The position numbers and the translations under genes are program-made. From Octopus vulgaris (Eukaryota), in NCBI GenBank assembly GCA_951406725.2, contig OX597819.1, positions 21,948,001 through 22,012,000 on the forward strand: 64,000 nucleotides of DNA, given 5' to 3'. Under the pieces are notes generated by a model. It was not told the DNA's origin. It searched no databases and was given only the letters and a program-made list of their open reading frames with translations. Shown in pieces: positions 1-13,440 of this stretch. The stretch's first letter is position 1. Every line of letters starts with the position of its first letter.

Positions 1-1287
1 GCATTTAAGTTTCTTTACAGAATTGCTCTAGAATTGGTTGTTAATCTTATTGGTGACAAGACCTCCGGACAACAGCATACAACCTGCTTCATCTAAAAGA
101 GGTTGTTTAAATCTCTAGATTGTGATGGTTGCTCCTAATGTAGACACTATTATAGCTTCAAGGAACCTATCTCTCTCTCTCTTTCACTCTCACACACACA
201 CTGCTGCGCGCACATACATACACACACACGCCCACACACATGCCTATTCATTTAAGCAAACTTAAAAACTTATTTCGTTTCTATTATCGACAAGAGTTTC
301 CTGTTTTCTTCTTGCTCAGAATTGTTGCAGCCGTAACGATCTTTGTGATAACACGACCTCGGGAAAAACGGCAGATAATCTGCTCCGTTTTAGAAAACGT
401 TGCTTAAAATCCTAACCTACTGATTAAGACAGAGATGCTCTAAAACTTATTTACGTTTATTGTCATTGAAAACAGCCGGCAAATATATGAAAGTCAACGT
501 CTCTTAAGAATGTATGTGTGTGTGTGTAAACGGCAAACATGCATTGTTGTACTTGTAATACATATAGAAATATAGAAATATGATATGTTCCTAATTTTAT
601 TTTCTCCTAAAAAAAAAGCACGATAACAGCTTAAAAATATTTTAAAAAAACACAAATATCAAACGTTTTGTTCATATTTTTCTTTCTCTCCCGATTGTTA
701 ATATATAAAGAAATATTCTACTTTGTAAGGAACAAGTCTGCTCTCTCCTAACTAGATTAGTTTTCTCGTGGTTGATTCATCCCATATTTGAATAGTAACC
801 CATATTTGGCGATATTCTATAATTATAACTAATAAATCTTCTATATTCACTCTATAATTTAGCCATCTGAAACTATATCGAGCGACATCATATACAGATT
901 CGTCTTAACATATTTCCCTTTAGGTAACCCATCGCTCTTTATTCTCTCCAGACACTCTCAATCTAGTTTTTGTACAATCTTAGCTCATCATTTACTTTCA
1001 CTTTCGTTTTCAACAATCTTCTGGCTTCTATTATTCACCTTCCTTTACCCATCGCCATTTTCCATAGAAGTATTCTCTTTCTTCGTTTAGACATACATCT
1101 CTCTCCCTCTTTCTCTTTCTCTCTAATTTTTCGCTCTATTTATTTCTTTTATTTTGACATAGTACAATATCATAAAAATACACGTATAAATATATCTGTG
1201 TGTATGTATATGTGTTTGTATTCATCTACATATATATATATATATTGCGTATTTGTGTATATATTTACACATACATGCACATAGTTT

Positions 1288-1290
<3 letters not shown>

Positions 1291-1325
<35 letters not shown>

Positions 1326-1350
1326 TATACTGATAAATATGCATTCATAT

Positions 1351-1402
<52 letters not shown>

Positions 1403-1932
1403 GCATATGTATACGACTTCACCTATACATAGAAATACACATGCATGCCTACATATATACATAGTTACTTACATAGATATGTTGATATCTACGCATATAG
1501 GTACACAACTATTTATCCTTTATTATCTGCAGTCTCAAAGCCTCTTCTTTGCTCCTACCCGACCAACACCACATTGCCACCACAGTCAACGACACAACCC
1601 CTCTTACCTCCGCCACCGACAACACCACAGACATCGCCACCTCAACCACGGCTGCCACCACCGCCATTACAATCACTAGCACAAACCCCATCTGTAACTA
1701 TCGAGACATGGCAGTAATTATATTATTCCACTTTGCTAAGCAACTTCGCTCAACAGAAATAGTAATTGTCAATAACGACGATGCAAGATTCAAATAGAGA
1801 GCGTCTGCTTTTTAAGGCAAAAACCTTAGCTTTGCAAAATATCACTGTAACTTTATTTCTAACATCTACGCACAAAACACCATTGATTGGTTAAGCAGAT
1901 AGACACGCGCACGTGTGTTTATGTGTATATAC

Positions 1933-2005
<73 letters not shown>

Positions 2006-2106
2006 TATATGTGTGTATGTATTCATATATAAATATATATATTTATATATATGAGTGTGTTCGTATATACAACAATATATACCCATACATATATACATAC
2101 ATATCA

Positions 2107-2145
<39 letters not shown>

Positions 2146-2220
2146 TGTATATGTATATATATGTATATATACATATGTATATGTATATATATATATATAT
2201 ATATACATATACATGTATGT
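1291..2220. repeat. (TA)n/(CA)n microsatellite cluster with an intervening ACC/ACA-rich low-complexity stretch
   Basis: (TA)n at ~1291-1320, (CA)n at ~1353-1389 and interrupted (TA)n at 1921-2220 are read directly. Confidence 0.9.
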
Positions 2221-3799
2221 ATAATGATTTATTCTACGCATAGATGCTGTCGCACATACAAACAGGCGTGTATGTGTGTAATAGTTAGTACACAAATACC
2301 ACACAAGCGCGGGCACGTGCTCAGATATTGGCAATAGAAGCAAACATGCATACGGATTAGCTCTGCATACAAGTACGTTCACAAAGATAAATACAAACAT
2401 GTAATACATAAACACACGTTGAAGCACCACACATCCATACAGATACTTGCATTCACTGAAATTCACCGTCACAATCATGAGAACAATATCTGTTGGAAAC
2501 CAGTAAACAGAAAAACGTGTGCGCACGCAAGTGTTTGTATACGTAAATGTCTACACACACACACACACACACACTTTCACGTGAACAGATTTACCTGCTT
2601 ATTGGTTTCCAAAAAATATTGTTCTCATGATTGTGGCGATGGATTTTAGTGAATGCAATTATTTGTATGTCTGTGTATGTGTGTGTGTGTATAAACGTAA
2701 TAAATCGTCAAAGGCACGGTGAACAACGTGACTAATACGATGGCTTCTATATCTATTCTTCATACGTTTCGCAAAATTTGAACGTGAATAGGCTAATCGC
2801 TGCTGTGTTTCTTCGTCTCAGAATAACAGCTCCACTACAACGAATAGGTGACCATAACACACTCGATTCAGTATTGCAGCGATTCTGGGACAGTCCATGG
2901 TTTGACATCGTTGTCTCGATAACCAGAAGTGCCCCAGGACAAGAATATATTGTCAAAAACCGTTTTCACTGCTAGCACAACTACTTTAATTAGTTTTGTG
3001 ATCCTTTGATACATTCTATCGATTTTAACTCTATTAAATCCGCTTCTCTTCAAAAAGGTACATCACAAATTGTTACCAGGTCCGATCGCTGACGGCTTAC
3101 CATGCCCAGAACGACGTGTTCATCTTCCAGTGGCTGGGATTCTACCTATGCACCCTGTGTAGGCTGACCTGCAGGTTATAAGTTTCTGAATTGTATAACT
3201 GAGTACCCAAAATTTGGGGATATCTGTACCATCCTTATCCCTTGACCTATTCAATATTCTTTTGAAATACGACTAAGATAACCTGAGGCAGTACGTCAAA
3301 GTCTACAGTAGCATATTTGAGAAATACAGTTAGTAGCTGCCAAAAGCCGGGACAGGATTTTCAAGTTTTTCCATGGATGCTCTTATCAGCTACAACCATA
3401 CAATCCCAACATGCGCCCAAAATTTCATTCTGGTTGTCCACTAGCACTAACATGAAGGCGTTCCTCAAAAGGTTTCTAGTCTGGCTACATTCTCTCAGTC
3501 AATGTATAAATGACCAGTAGAGTGAAGTTACCACCTTCACCCCTGTCCACTTCCATAGTCAGTGACTTGCTGTTCAGGTCAAGGGAGATCATCCGTACCT
3601 TGAGATACAAACTTTTCTGGGGGTGTGCGAGTGCATGCTTGCAGAAATTTTGTTCTCAATAATTATTTCATGAATATCTAATGGCCTTTGGTTATTAAGG
3701 CATTGACCTTCCTTCTAAGCCGATCTAGCCTATACGTATTTATGCAACCGTCTCACAGTAAATATAGTAAAGTTCTCTCCCCAAACATGGAGATTCATA

Positions 3800-4008
3800 G
3801 GGTTGGATTCCCAGTTTCAATGGCTTATACATTCTCCACCTGGATGGGATGCCAGTCCATCGGAGGATTGCTCACTTTTGCCAGCTGCGTGGATTGGGGC
3901 AAAGTGAAATGAAATATTTTGCTCAAGAACACATCGCCCGGACCAGGAAGAGAAATTACAATCATACGATCATGATTCCAACACCCTAACCACTAAGCCA
4001 CGCGCCTT
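3800..4008 (-). mobile_element. tRNA-derived SINE (family D), decayed
   Basis: Reverse complement starts AAGGCGCGTGGCTTAGTGGTTAGG (Pol III A-box-like head), followed by TGTGTTCTTGAGCAAA and GATGGACTGGCATCCCATCCAGG body motifs. Confidence 0.75.
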
Positions 4009-4672
4009 CACCGTCTTCCAGCAATGATGAATTAAATGTACTCAAGAGAGAAAACTTCACTTACCATACATTCGGCCCATCCGAGAGATCCCATTTTGGG
4101 AATTCTTCAATGGTTCTGTGTAGTTGAGCGGAAGTCACTTCCGCTTTCAGAGCCAGCACCTCACTTTGTAGTTTCAGTAGCACACTTTTGTAAATTGCTC
4201 CGGTAATATTCACACGATGTCTGTCTGGTGATACTTTCGCGTAAGGGTGATTAGGTGATGGTCAAGGGCTTAGGAGCGGGAGACCCCAGACCTTGGAAAG
4301 AAAGAAAGAAAAAAAAAACTTTGGTCGTCTTGTTGTAGTCGAGGGCTCTTCGTTGACGCCCGACACCACTGAGAGGTGACCCTCGAAGTCGCTGGAAATG
4401 GAGATCTCCAAGTTCAAATTCATGAACGGCTGCTTTTGCTACTGATATCGTTGGTGTGGTTGTGCAAACGTCAGTTTCGGCTACCTCTGTCAGTCATTTT
4501 TCGACATCAACGAAACTGGTGACAAAATTTCCAGGGCCATTTTCAAATCGGGCACGATGACCAATTTGGCAAATGCTAACTCTGAATCTGTCAGACATTA
4601 AAACACTTTACGTGATGAGTTGACCGCAGGAGAAATCTTAAGAACTCCCGCAAGAAAATGTCTCAGCCTGTT

Positions 4673-5064
4673 CTTTTCTTTTCTTTTCTACTCTAGGCAC
4701 AAGGCCCGATATTTTGGAGGAGGAGGCCGGTCGATTAGATTTACCCCAGTGAGCAACAGGAACTTAATTTATCGACCCTGAAAAGATGAAAGACAAATTC
4801 GACCTCGGCGGAATTTGAACTCGGAACGTAAAGACAGACGAAATACCTATTTCTTTATTACCCACAAGGGGACAAACAAGGACAGACATAGGTATTAAGT
4901 CGATTACATCGGCCCCAGTGCGAAATTGGTACTTAATTTATCGACCCCGAAAGGGTGAAAGGCAAAGTCGACCTCGGCGGAATTTTAACTCACAACGTAA
5001 CGGCAGACGAAATACCGCTAAGCATTTCGCCCGGTGTACTAACGTTTCTGCCAGCTTGCCACCT
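4673..5064 (-). mobile_element. Full-length dimeric tRNA-derived SINE (family A, Meta/MESC-like central domain)
   Basis: Minus-strand head AAGGTGGCAAGCTGGCAGAAACGTTAG. The body GTTCAAATTCCGCCGAGGTCGA...GGGTCGATAAATTAAGT is present twice, there is an (AAGAA)n tail, and a 10-bp TSD TCAGCCTGTT lies at 4663-4672 and 5065-5074. Confidence 0.92.
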
Positions 5065-5589
5065 TCAGCCTGTTAGATCTTGACACTCTAAAAGAGGTGA
5101 GCCCACTTACGACAAGATTCCTAGTAATATTCCTGCTGATTCCCAGAAGTTGCACTTTCAGAACGAACCCGAAGCTACGTGCTTGCATAAAAAAATACCT
5201 GACCAAACAACAATGTCTGCACCTATGTTGGTTTTACTTATATTTTATCTCATGCTTTTTACTCGATATTCGTCCCCCGACAATCACTCTGTCTCCGTCA
5301 CCTTTCAAAAGAAAAAAAAAACGAACAGGGATTTGAAAATATTTGCAGATGTCCAATATACTATGTAGTTTAATTTAAGTATGATAAACAGAGTAAGTTT
5401 CCCCAAACACTTGAAATCGAGGAATAAATGCGCAACAAATTCAGCAGTGCTATTTAACACATCGAAACTACACAACGAAGCAAAAATCTGGCCATAAACA
5501 TCAAAGTCAAACAACACAAACAAACGAGTAATAGACGAACGAGCCCAGGCCTTCTTTTTTTTTACTTACAAAGTCAAACTCTGCTGCCT

Positions 5590-5690
5590 CTCATTAATTT
5601 CTCTGTTGTCAACCTTTCCCTGAAAGAGGGCTCTCCAGTCCAAAACTTTGGATTTTCCACTCCCCACAGCGTTATCCTATACTATTTTCT
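5590..5690 (+). mobile_element. Highly decayed copy of the hammerhead-like mini-element (see 21131, 32190, 41192)
   Basis: CTGAAAGA-GGGC-TCTCCA-GTCC-AAAAC is followed by TTTTCCACTCCCCACAGCGTTATCCTATAC, similar to the downstream flank of the other copies. Confidence 0.4.
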
Positions 5691-5872
5691 TTTCCTTTTC
5701 TTTTCTTTATCTATTTAATAAATAGCTTCATAAAAGGCTCTTTTGCTACACATTAAGCTCGTTGAATACTAACGTTAAACATACTTGCAAACTACGACAT
5801 GCAAACCCGAGATTCAACCACAAAAGAATTGCCTAAAATTATAAGCTGTACGAAGAGACGTTTTATAAAACA

Positions 5873-6271
5873 CTAGCAGAATCGCCCGGCGTTGCTCGGG
5901 TTTGTAAGGGAAATAACTATTTATGCATTTTTAGAGAGTTATAGCCAAAAAATAGCAAAAAAATGCATTAAAAATGGAAAAAAAATGGTGGTAATTTTTT
6001 TTTTAAATCGTTGACTCATCGTAAACATTTTTAGAGAGTTACTTCCCTTATATAATAGCGAAAAAAATGCATTAAAACGGAAAAAAATGATGGTGATTTT
6101 TTTTTAAAATCGTAGACTCATCCTAGACGAGCGTTAATACCCAGAAGGGCCCGATATGAATCACGACTATAAGAAACCCGGTTTTGGTTAAACTGCACCG
6201 CAAAATGTGGGAGTAGTTAGGAATCTAAATCGTAGGAGACAGTCACACAACCTTACTTTTATATATAAAGA
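5873..6271 (-). mobile_element. Non-autonomous Helitron, copy 1, with an internal ~100-bp tandem duplication
   Basis: Minus strand begins 5'-TC (A|TCTTTATATATAAAAG) and ends with the GC hairpin CCCGAGCAACGCCGGG followed by CTAG|T. It is inserted in an AT dinucleotide with no TSD, and a near-identical copy is at 12899-13196. Confidence 0.88.
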
Positions 6272-6654
6272 TTTAGTTACTTTAGCCAAGCAAGAAAATA
6301 TTTTTAAAATATCAATAACAAAGTAAATACTACGGCACAACTCAGTAAAACAGAATTCTGCAGAAATATGGAGCACAGCACAACGGTATGTATAGTGATG
6401 AAATAAGAGGAAATAACGTAGTGACTGGCGAGCAATATAATAGGACGATCAGAGTCGACTTAGATAAACGAAAAGGTAGTGGCCTGGCAGTCTTTAGAGC
6501 GTTGGATATAATAATGTCTTACGGCATTCGTTTCGATTTTACCGCTTTTTGAGTTCAAACTAAGCCGAAGTCTGTTTTTGGATTTAATCACTCCGATAAA
6601 GATAAACAGGGTCAATAAATAAAGAGCTAGTCCGGTACTAAGGGAGGGGGGAGA

Positions 6655-7061
6655 AAAAGGAGGAGGAGGAGGAGGAGGAAGAGGAGAAGAATATGAAGGA
6701 GGAGGGGAGGAGAATAAGATGAAGGAGGAGGAGGAGGGAGGAGGGGAGGGGGAGGAGGGGGAGGAGGAGCAGATGAAGGAGGAGGAGGATAATAAGATGA
6801 AAGAGGAGGAGGATAATAAGATGAAGGAGGAGGAGGAGGGGGAGAATAAGAAGATGGAGGAGGGGGGGAGGATAAGAATATGAAAGAGGAGGAGGAGGGG
6901 GAGGAGGATAAGAAGAAGATGAAGGAGGAGGAGGAGGAGGAGGAGGAGGATAAGAAGAAGATCAAGGAGGAGGAGGAGGAGGATAAGAAGGAGGAGGAGG
7001 AGAAGACGAAGAAGAAGAAGAAGAAGAAGAAGAAGAAGAAGAAGAAGAAGAAGAAGAAGAA
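6655..7061. repeat. (GAG)n/(GAA)n trinucleotide low-complexity tract
   Basis: Read directly; pure (AAG)n at ~7009-7061. Confidence 0.95.
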
Positions 7062-7316
7062 ACTAGCTACGTTCAGAACTGGAAAGAGATGGGCTCTGCT
7101 GGGTTTGAATAGCAAAGTTTATTACAAAGGCGTGCCTATTATTCTATCAGAAGTAAAAAAAAAAAAAAGGCGCGCCTCAATGCAGCGATTTAGAAAATAT
7201 GATTCACGGATGTCAGCAAAAGCTGAAAGGGTTGAAAGTTTACAGAAATGTTAAAAAGACTACAAACCAGCAAAGAATCATGCAACAGAAGTGCAGCCAT
7301 GATGGTTGGCTGGATG

Positions 7317-7500
7317 AAGGTGCGTGGCCAAGTGGGTAAGGTCACAAGATCGTAGTTTCGAATCCCAGACTGTGATGTGTCGTGTTCGTCAGCAAAGCAC
7401 TTCACGTGTGGTAATGAGTGACCCTTTAATGAACTGACGTCCCGTTCAGTGGGGATATTTTGATGTCAGTCCCTTCTATGCCAAGGAAACCTGGCCTTGG
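7317..7500 (+). mobile_element. tRNA-derived SINE (family D-like), decayed
   Basis: AAGGTGCGTGGCCAAGTGG head, TTCGAATCC B-box, and GAACTGACGTCCCGTTCAG resembling the 3800-4008 body. Confidence 0.55.
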
Positions 7501-8047
7501 AGTCACAGGAGTAAAAACAGTAATATTGAGAGAACTTACTTCATGCTTACCCCAAGGACATAAACCTTGAAAACATCCTCTCTAATATAATTATGCAAAT
7601 CTTGCCTTCTTCAACAGCATTAAGACATTCTCGCTCATCCCAATAGTTATCAAGCAAATATTTCACAGATTTTAAACATGAACAAAAGAGTTCAATAATC
7701 TTAAAGGTCACCAACTGAGGATCTGTTTTAAATAAAAATTGTCAACTGACTTTCTTCTTTAGAGTCACATAATGCCTCAGACTCTAATAAACTACATCGT
7801 AAAAAGGAGAGTCATTTGGTTAACACTTTTCAACGTGAAAGGTGTTCGCCAACGGGGCAGCAGTATCCCTATGGAATTAGGGGAAGGGCGAAAATGTGAC
7901 TTACAACGTTCGCACCTTTGCAAAAGATTTTCCTTTCGCAAGTGAAGTAAAACATCTACTACTGACACCTAAAACCAAGATGAATATAACTGTAGTTTAA
8001 TTATTCTAACCATAATATCATTGTTTGGAATATCATTAAATTTGATG

Positions 8048-8236
8048 AAGGGGGCGAGCTGGCAGAATCGTTAGCGACATTTTGTCCGTCTTTATGTTCT
8101 GAGTTCGAATTCCACTGAAGTTGACTTTGCTTTTCATCCTTTTCGGGTTCGATAAAGTAAGTACCACTTGGGGTCTATGTAATCGACTTACCCATTCCAC
8201 TGAAATTGCTGGCCTTGAGCCAAAATTTGAAACCAA
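8048..8236 (+). mobile_element. SINE family A, older monomeric subfamily
   Basis: GGGGCGAGCTGGCAGAATCGTTAGC head, GTTCGAATTCC B-box, TTTCATCCTTTTCGGGTTCGATAAA core, and a GGCCTTGAGCCAAAATTTGAAAC end. Confidence 0.8.
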
Positions 8237-9256
8237 TTCCATTACTCATCAGGCTTGACATTTAAAGATTATTGTCTCCAGTTTTAATATTGTTGTCAAA
8301 CAGTTAGATGCTGAACTGGTTAAATCTGATCTCTGTATTCAGAAAGGTAGTTTTGAAAATATATCGTCATACACAGAGCCAAGCTTATTCCGGAATCAAT
8401 TACAGTCAAATGGCGAACTTAAACAGAATTACAGTATCAACTTAGTTAGGGAAGGATTATATCCAATAGTCACGGAGGAAGGGTAACAGTTTCGGGTAAG
8501 ACTCATATAGAAGAAGACTACACTTACAAAGTCATCTAACACAGAGGAAGAAACCTTAGCGAGACTTTTATGTGGTTGTTCAAGCTACTAGAAATATCAA
8601 ACAAATTTCCTTCAAATTTCCGCCGATTTAATCAAGGAAAGACAAGTTATATATTGTAGCGCTAAACACTTCATACCTGCAAAAACGGATGAGGACCAGC
8701 AACTGGAAGGCTCTATAAAGGTTTAACTGAGGTTCAACAACAGCAAAAATTTCCTATAGGGAAGACACTCACGGGAGGAAATCATACAGTGATGCAGTTG
8801 TCTGAACCAGCTTTCAGTATTACTAAATGAAAAAGAGGATAAATTTGAAGACTTCTATGATTTGTACTCAGAACAGAGATGATTGTATATAGAGAAACGT
8901 ATTTAGCACGGCGCTTTACAACCTCAGCTATCACTGCTGTCCTACTTCTTTCATTAATATTGGCGAGTGAACTGTAAAGATAAGAGAAATATTTTCACAT
9001 AAAAAAAATTGTATGTCGCCTTACAAGCTCTTCAATCCTATCTCTCACTCACTCACACGTACACACACACACACACACATACAAACACACACACGCACAC
9101 ACACATACTCCAACATAGATATGTCATAATATCAAATATAATATATATCATTACATCAGATATATATAATATCATAGCTTTATACATGCCTGTATATAAC
9201 TGTATTCATACACATATATATGTCACGCATACATATAATTGTGTATATATGTATAA

Positions 9257-9440
<184 letters not shown>

Positions 9441-9877
9441 TGCCTATATGTGTGTGCTTCTGTGCGGGTGTCCATGTATCTGTATATGTAAATATATCAT
9501 GTATTCAGGCTACAGCCAAAACGGGAAAATACTGAGATGATAATATATACATTTTGTTGATCTTTAATATTTTCGTTGTTCCAAATACAAAGAATTGAAG
9601 AAAACAATGGACGACAATAGAAGAGGACAACCAATGAGGAGAGAACGTCAGAGAAGGAGTGGGAGTCGAAGAAAGAGGTGTATTATCATTATAAGATATC
9701 AGAATAATAATAATTCCAAGAATTCTTTATAGATATGTATATGAGGTGGTATCTATTCATGTTTATGTCATGAAGTGCTAGACGCAGATATCTACCAACC
9801 TATTGGCATATAGCCCCATTAGCATAGACGCAGAGAGTTGAATACATACATACAGACACAAACACAGGCACATACAG

Positions 9878-9909
<32 letters not shown>

Positions 9910-10065
9910 ATATATATAGTATGTGTACACATTTGAATATAACTCCTATTAGCATAGATACGAAGGTGAATTTACAAGTCTATGTGTGTGTTTGTGCGTA
10001 TATATATATACATATGTATGTATCTATATATATATATATACACACATATATATATATATATATAC

Positions 10066-10124
<59 letters not shown>

Positions 10125-11230
10125 TGAATATGTATATGTACGTAGGTATCTATATATGAGAAAATATAAATAATAGTATAGAGAAGAAGAAAGAATTTAT
10201 AAGAATGGTGTAACTATAGACTTTACTTTGTTTTTCGTTCTGAACTGAAATCTAATTCATATGCAGCTAACGGTACATCCAACTTTTCTGCCATAAAAAC
10301 AAGCAAGACATTCTACAACAATATTTGCATATTAGACTAATGCATACCATATTTGATCTGCATATTTCTGATGATGCTGCTGGTGGTATTTAACCACCGG
10401 TAAGCTCTGGTAAACCTAACATATGATCAGATTAATTCCACTCATGACCATCTTGTCTTTTCGTGTATCAGTGTCCATTGTATGTACATTATTATAGGCC
10501 GTTGGATAAGGTCTGCTGGGTCTTTGGATGCCAGCTTTTGCAAGTCGACAGACCATTTGGTAACTCTTTCGTTTTTATATGGCGTTGTAATTTTAGTTGC
10601 TATAAATTCATTTGTAGATAGCACGTTACTGTTTAGTTTCAATGAAGCTGTATGATACACCTTCGCCTTCTTAAACCACACCAATGATCAAAAGCATTGC
10701 AATACGAGTATCCTATCATTTTTTAAGAATGATAAAGCTGGGATTACAATACCCAGTATTCTAGTTCGCTACTTTTTGTAGATTGGACGATCCCATCCAA
10801 GTTCCTTTCTTGGTTCTTATGTGTATCGTGTTGTCTTTGAATGTCCATGTTACTAATAATGTCAAAGATAATTCAAGGAACAAAAGATAATTCAAGACAT
10901 TTACACCAGAATTCGCTGACTTGTATACTTGGCTCACCAGAACTGTGAATTGCTGCTTCGAACGCAACAAGAGCAATCTTTTATTCCGTTCGTGTCATGA
11001 GCTTCAGTGTAACGAATGTTTATGAAATCTCAATATATTTTCAGGATATTTCTGATCCTAGAATTAAATTTGACGAATGAGAGATTTCTTATAGACAAGC
11101 CCAAATAATATCAGTTGATTGCAATATACAGTGTGTGCAAACTAGGACACTGAAATATTTTGCCGTTTAGTAGGAGATAATTCTAATAATTCAAGAATTT
11201 ATACTGTGTACTGATTGACGTGCTTGTATT

Positions 11231-11292
<62 letters not shown>

Positions 11293-11333
11293 CATATAAT
11301 ATAGATATATATTATATATATATATAATATATT

Positions 11334-12508
11334 AACTCAGCTCCTACAACACTATGACTGGTTGCTGAAACAACTGCTCAACCACTCAACTGTGGAAGTG
11401 ATATATCTCGACTTTGCAAAGGCCTTTGATAAAGTCGATCATGGAATGATATGTCACAAACTGCGTGATCTTGGCATAGTTGGAAAATTGGGAGAATGGC
11501 TTCATGACTTTCTGAAGGATAGAAGTCAGGTGGTAGTAGCCAATGGGGTCACTTCCATTAACACGCAAATAGTGAGCGGTATTCCGCAAGGCACTGTTTT
11601 GGGACCACTACTGTTCATAATGGCCCTCTCAGACACGCAGAGAGCCACGATCACAAGTTATGCAGATGATACAAAAGTTTCACAGGCAATACAGAACCCT
11701 GAAGACACTAAGCACCTGCAATGTGAGCTGGACAAAATATACAAGTGGGCTGAAAAGAATAGCATGCAGTTCAATGCTGAAAGTTTCAAGCTTTATGCTA
11801 TCAGCATGCAAAACTAAATGCAATACCCAATAAACACACTGGACCTGGAGGGATTGCAATCCCAGAGGCACAATCAGTGCGAGACCTGGGTATTTACATG
11901 AGTGATGATGCAACCTTTCATGTGCATGTTGCTAAATTGGCAATGAAATGTGGGCGGCTGACCGGATGGATTCTTAGAACCTTTAGAACAAGAGACCAGG
12001 AAGCCATGATGGTCCTCTGGAGGACACTTGTCCTAAGCCACTTTGACTATTGCTCTCAGCTATGGTCACCATCCAGTGTCAAGTTAATCACAGAACTTGA
12101 GGCGATCCAACGAAGCTACACGAAGAAGATAGCCTCTGTGCAGCATATAAGCTACTGGGAAAGCCTCAAGAGATTAAGACTTTATTCCTTAGAGCGTAGG
12201 CGAGAAAGATATGCCATAATATACATCTGGAAGATCCTAGAAGGACTTGTCCCAAACTTTGGCATCGAGAGTTACACAAATGCCAGAACTTGGCGCCACT
12301 GTATAGTGCCGAGCACTCCAAATTTGCCATCAAGATGTAGGACGAGATACTGTGATAGCCTGGGCTTCCGAGGCCCACAGCTCTTCAATATCCTCCCGAA
12401 GAACCTAAGAGACCTGCATGGGGTGGATGCAGATGTCTTTAAAATAAAACTGGATCTCTTCTTGTCAGGTGTCCCAGATGAACCAACTTCACAGCAGGAG
12501 GTGCAGAT
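11334..12508 (+). mobile_element. CR1-group (CR1/L2/Jockey superfamily) LINE reverse-transcriptase fragment, one frameshift near 11780
   Basis: ORFs 11362-11817 and 11877-12515 carry YLDFAKAFDKVDH, SGIPQGTVLGPLLF, YADDTK, RDLGI, DYCSQLWSP, LEAIQR and LYSLERRRER. The fragment is truncated at both ends and flanked by (TA)n. Confidence 0.93.
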
Positions 12509-12512
12509 ATCG

Positions 12513-12551
<39 letters not shown>

Positions 12552-12898
12552 TATGGCGGTTGTCTACTCCTTATGCAGAGTTTGACCATCTGTCTTTAAA
12601 CCAGACCGTGTTTTGAAAAGAAACTCTCATACATTGCTTATCCGATTTGGACGACCAAGAACTGCAGATAAGTTCTGATCTTAAAATATCTTTTGAAGCC
12701 TCCGTTAGATTTTCAAACCTTCTGGCACCCATTGCCTTAAAAGGTATGCAGGAGGGTGAACCGAATGCTAGAATTGCAACAGTGGGTACACTAATGCACG
12801 AGCTCCAGCATTTTCTCCTCAAAGAAAGGAGAAGTTAGTTATACAGCCAAACACGCCATTTTAGTTAGTTCTTCCAGCTTGTTCTCTTTTATTACTTA

Positions 12899-13196
12899 CT
12901 AGCAGTATCGCCCTGCGTTGCTCGGGTTTGTAAGGGAAATAACTATACAAGCATTTTTAGAGAGTTACTTCCCTTTTATAATAACAAAAAAATGCATTAA
13001 AAATGGGAAAAAATGGTGGTAATTTTTTTTTAAATCGTAGACTCATCGTAGATGCGCGCTAATACCCAGAAGGGCTCGATATGAATCACGACTATAAGAT
13101 ACCCGCTTTTTGTTTAACTGCACCGCAAAATGTGGGAGTAGTTAGGAATTTAAATCGTAGGAGACAGACACCCAACTTCACTTTTATATATAAAGA
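12899..13196 (-). mobile_element. Non-autonomous Helitron, copy 2 (298 bp)
   Basis: Same 5'-TC and hairpin-CTAG-3' termini and same body as 5873-6271, without the internal duplication. Confidence 0.88.
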
Positions 13197-13199
13197 TAA

Positions 13200-13440
13200 C
13201 TGCTGAGTAATGACCGAAAGAGTAGAATCGTGAATACAAGCAACCGAAAAGTGGTTCCTCCGGAAGATCTCTCAAGTAACTTTACTCGACAGAGTTCATA
13301 ACTCGGAGATCAGCGAGGCTCCCCCACGTTAGAGCCGCTAATTCTTTACACTGAGAAATCACGGTTCTGTTACAATAGACACTTGGTGAGAATGTCGCAG
13401 GAAAGGCTCATAAGACAGATTACACAAATCAAGCCATTTT
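13200..13440 (+). mobile_element. Decayed RTE-clade LINE C-terminal fragment
   Basis: Manual translation across frameshifts gives VMTERVES.IQATE.WFLRKISQVTLLDRVHNSEI...HLVRMSQERL. Confidence 0.6.

Noticed and set aside
1401-1797. Mucin-like Thr/Pro/His-rich ORFs
   Set aside because: All three + frames are open only because of ACC/CAC low complexity; no domain is present.
2760-3130. Possible gypsy integrase C-terminal relic
   Set aside because: Only vague similarity; no catalytic motif is recoverable.
6627-7254. Extensin-like (SPPPPSSY) and poly-Glu/Lys ORFs
   Set aside because: Both are by-products of a GAG/GAA trinucleotide tract, with no flanking coding signal.
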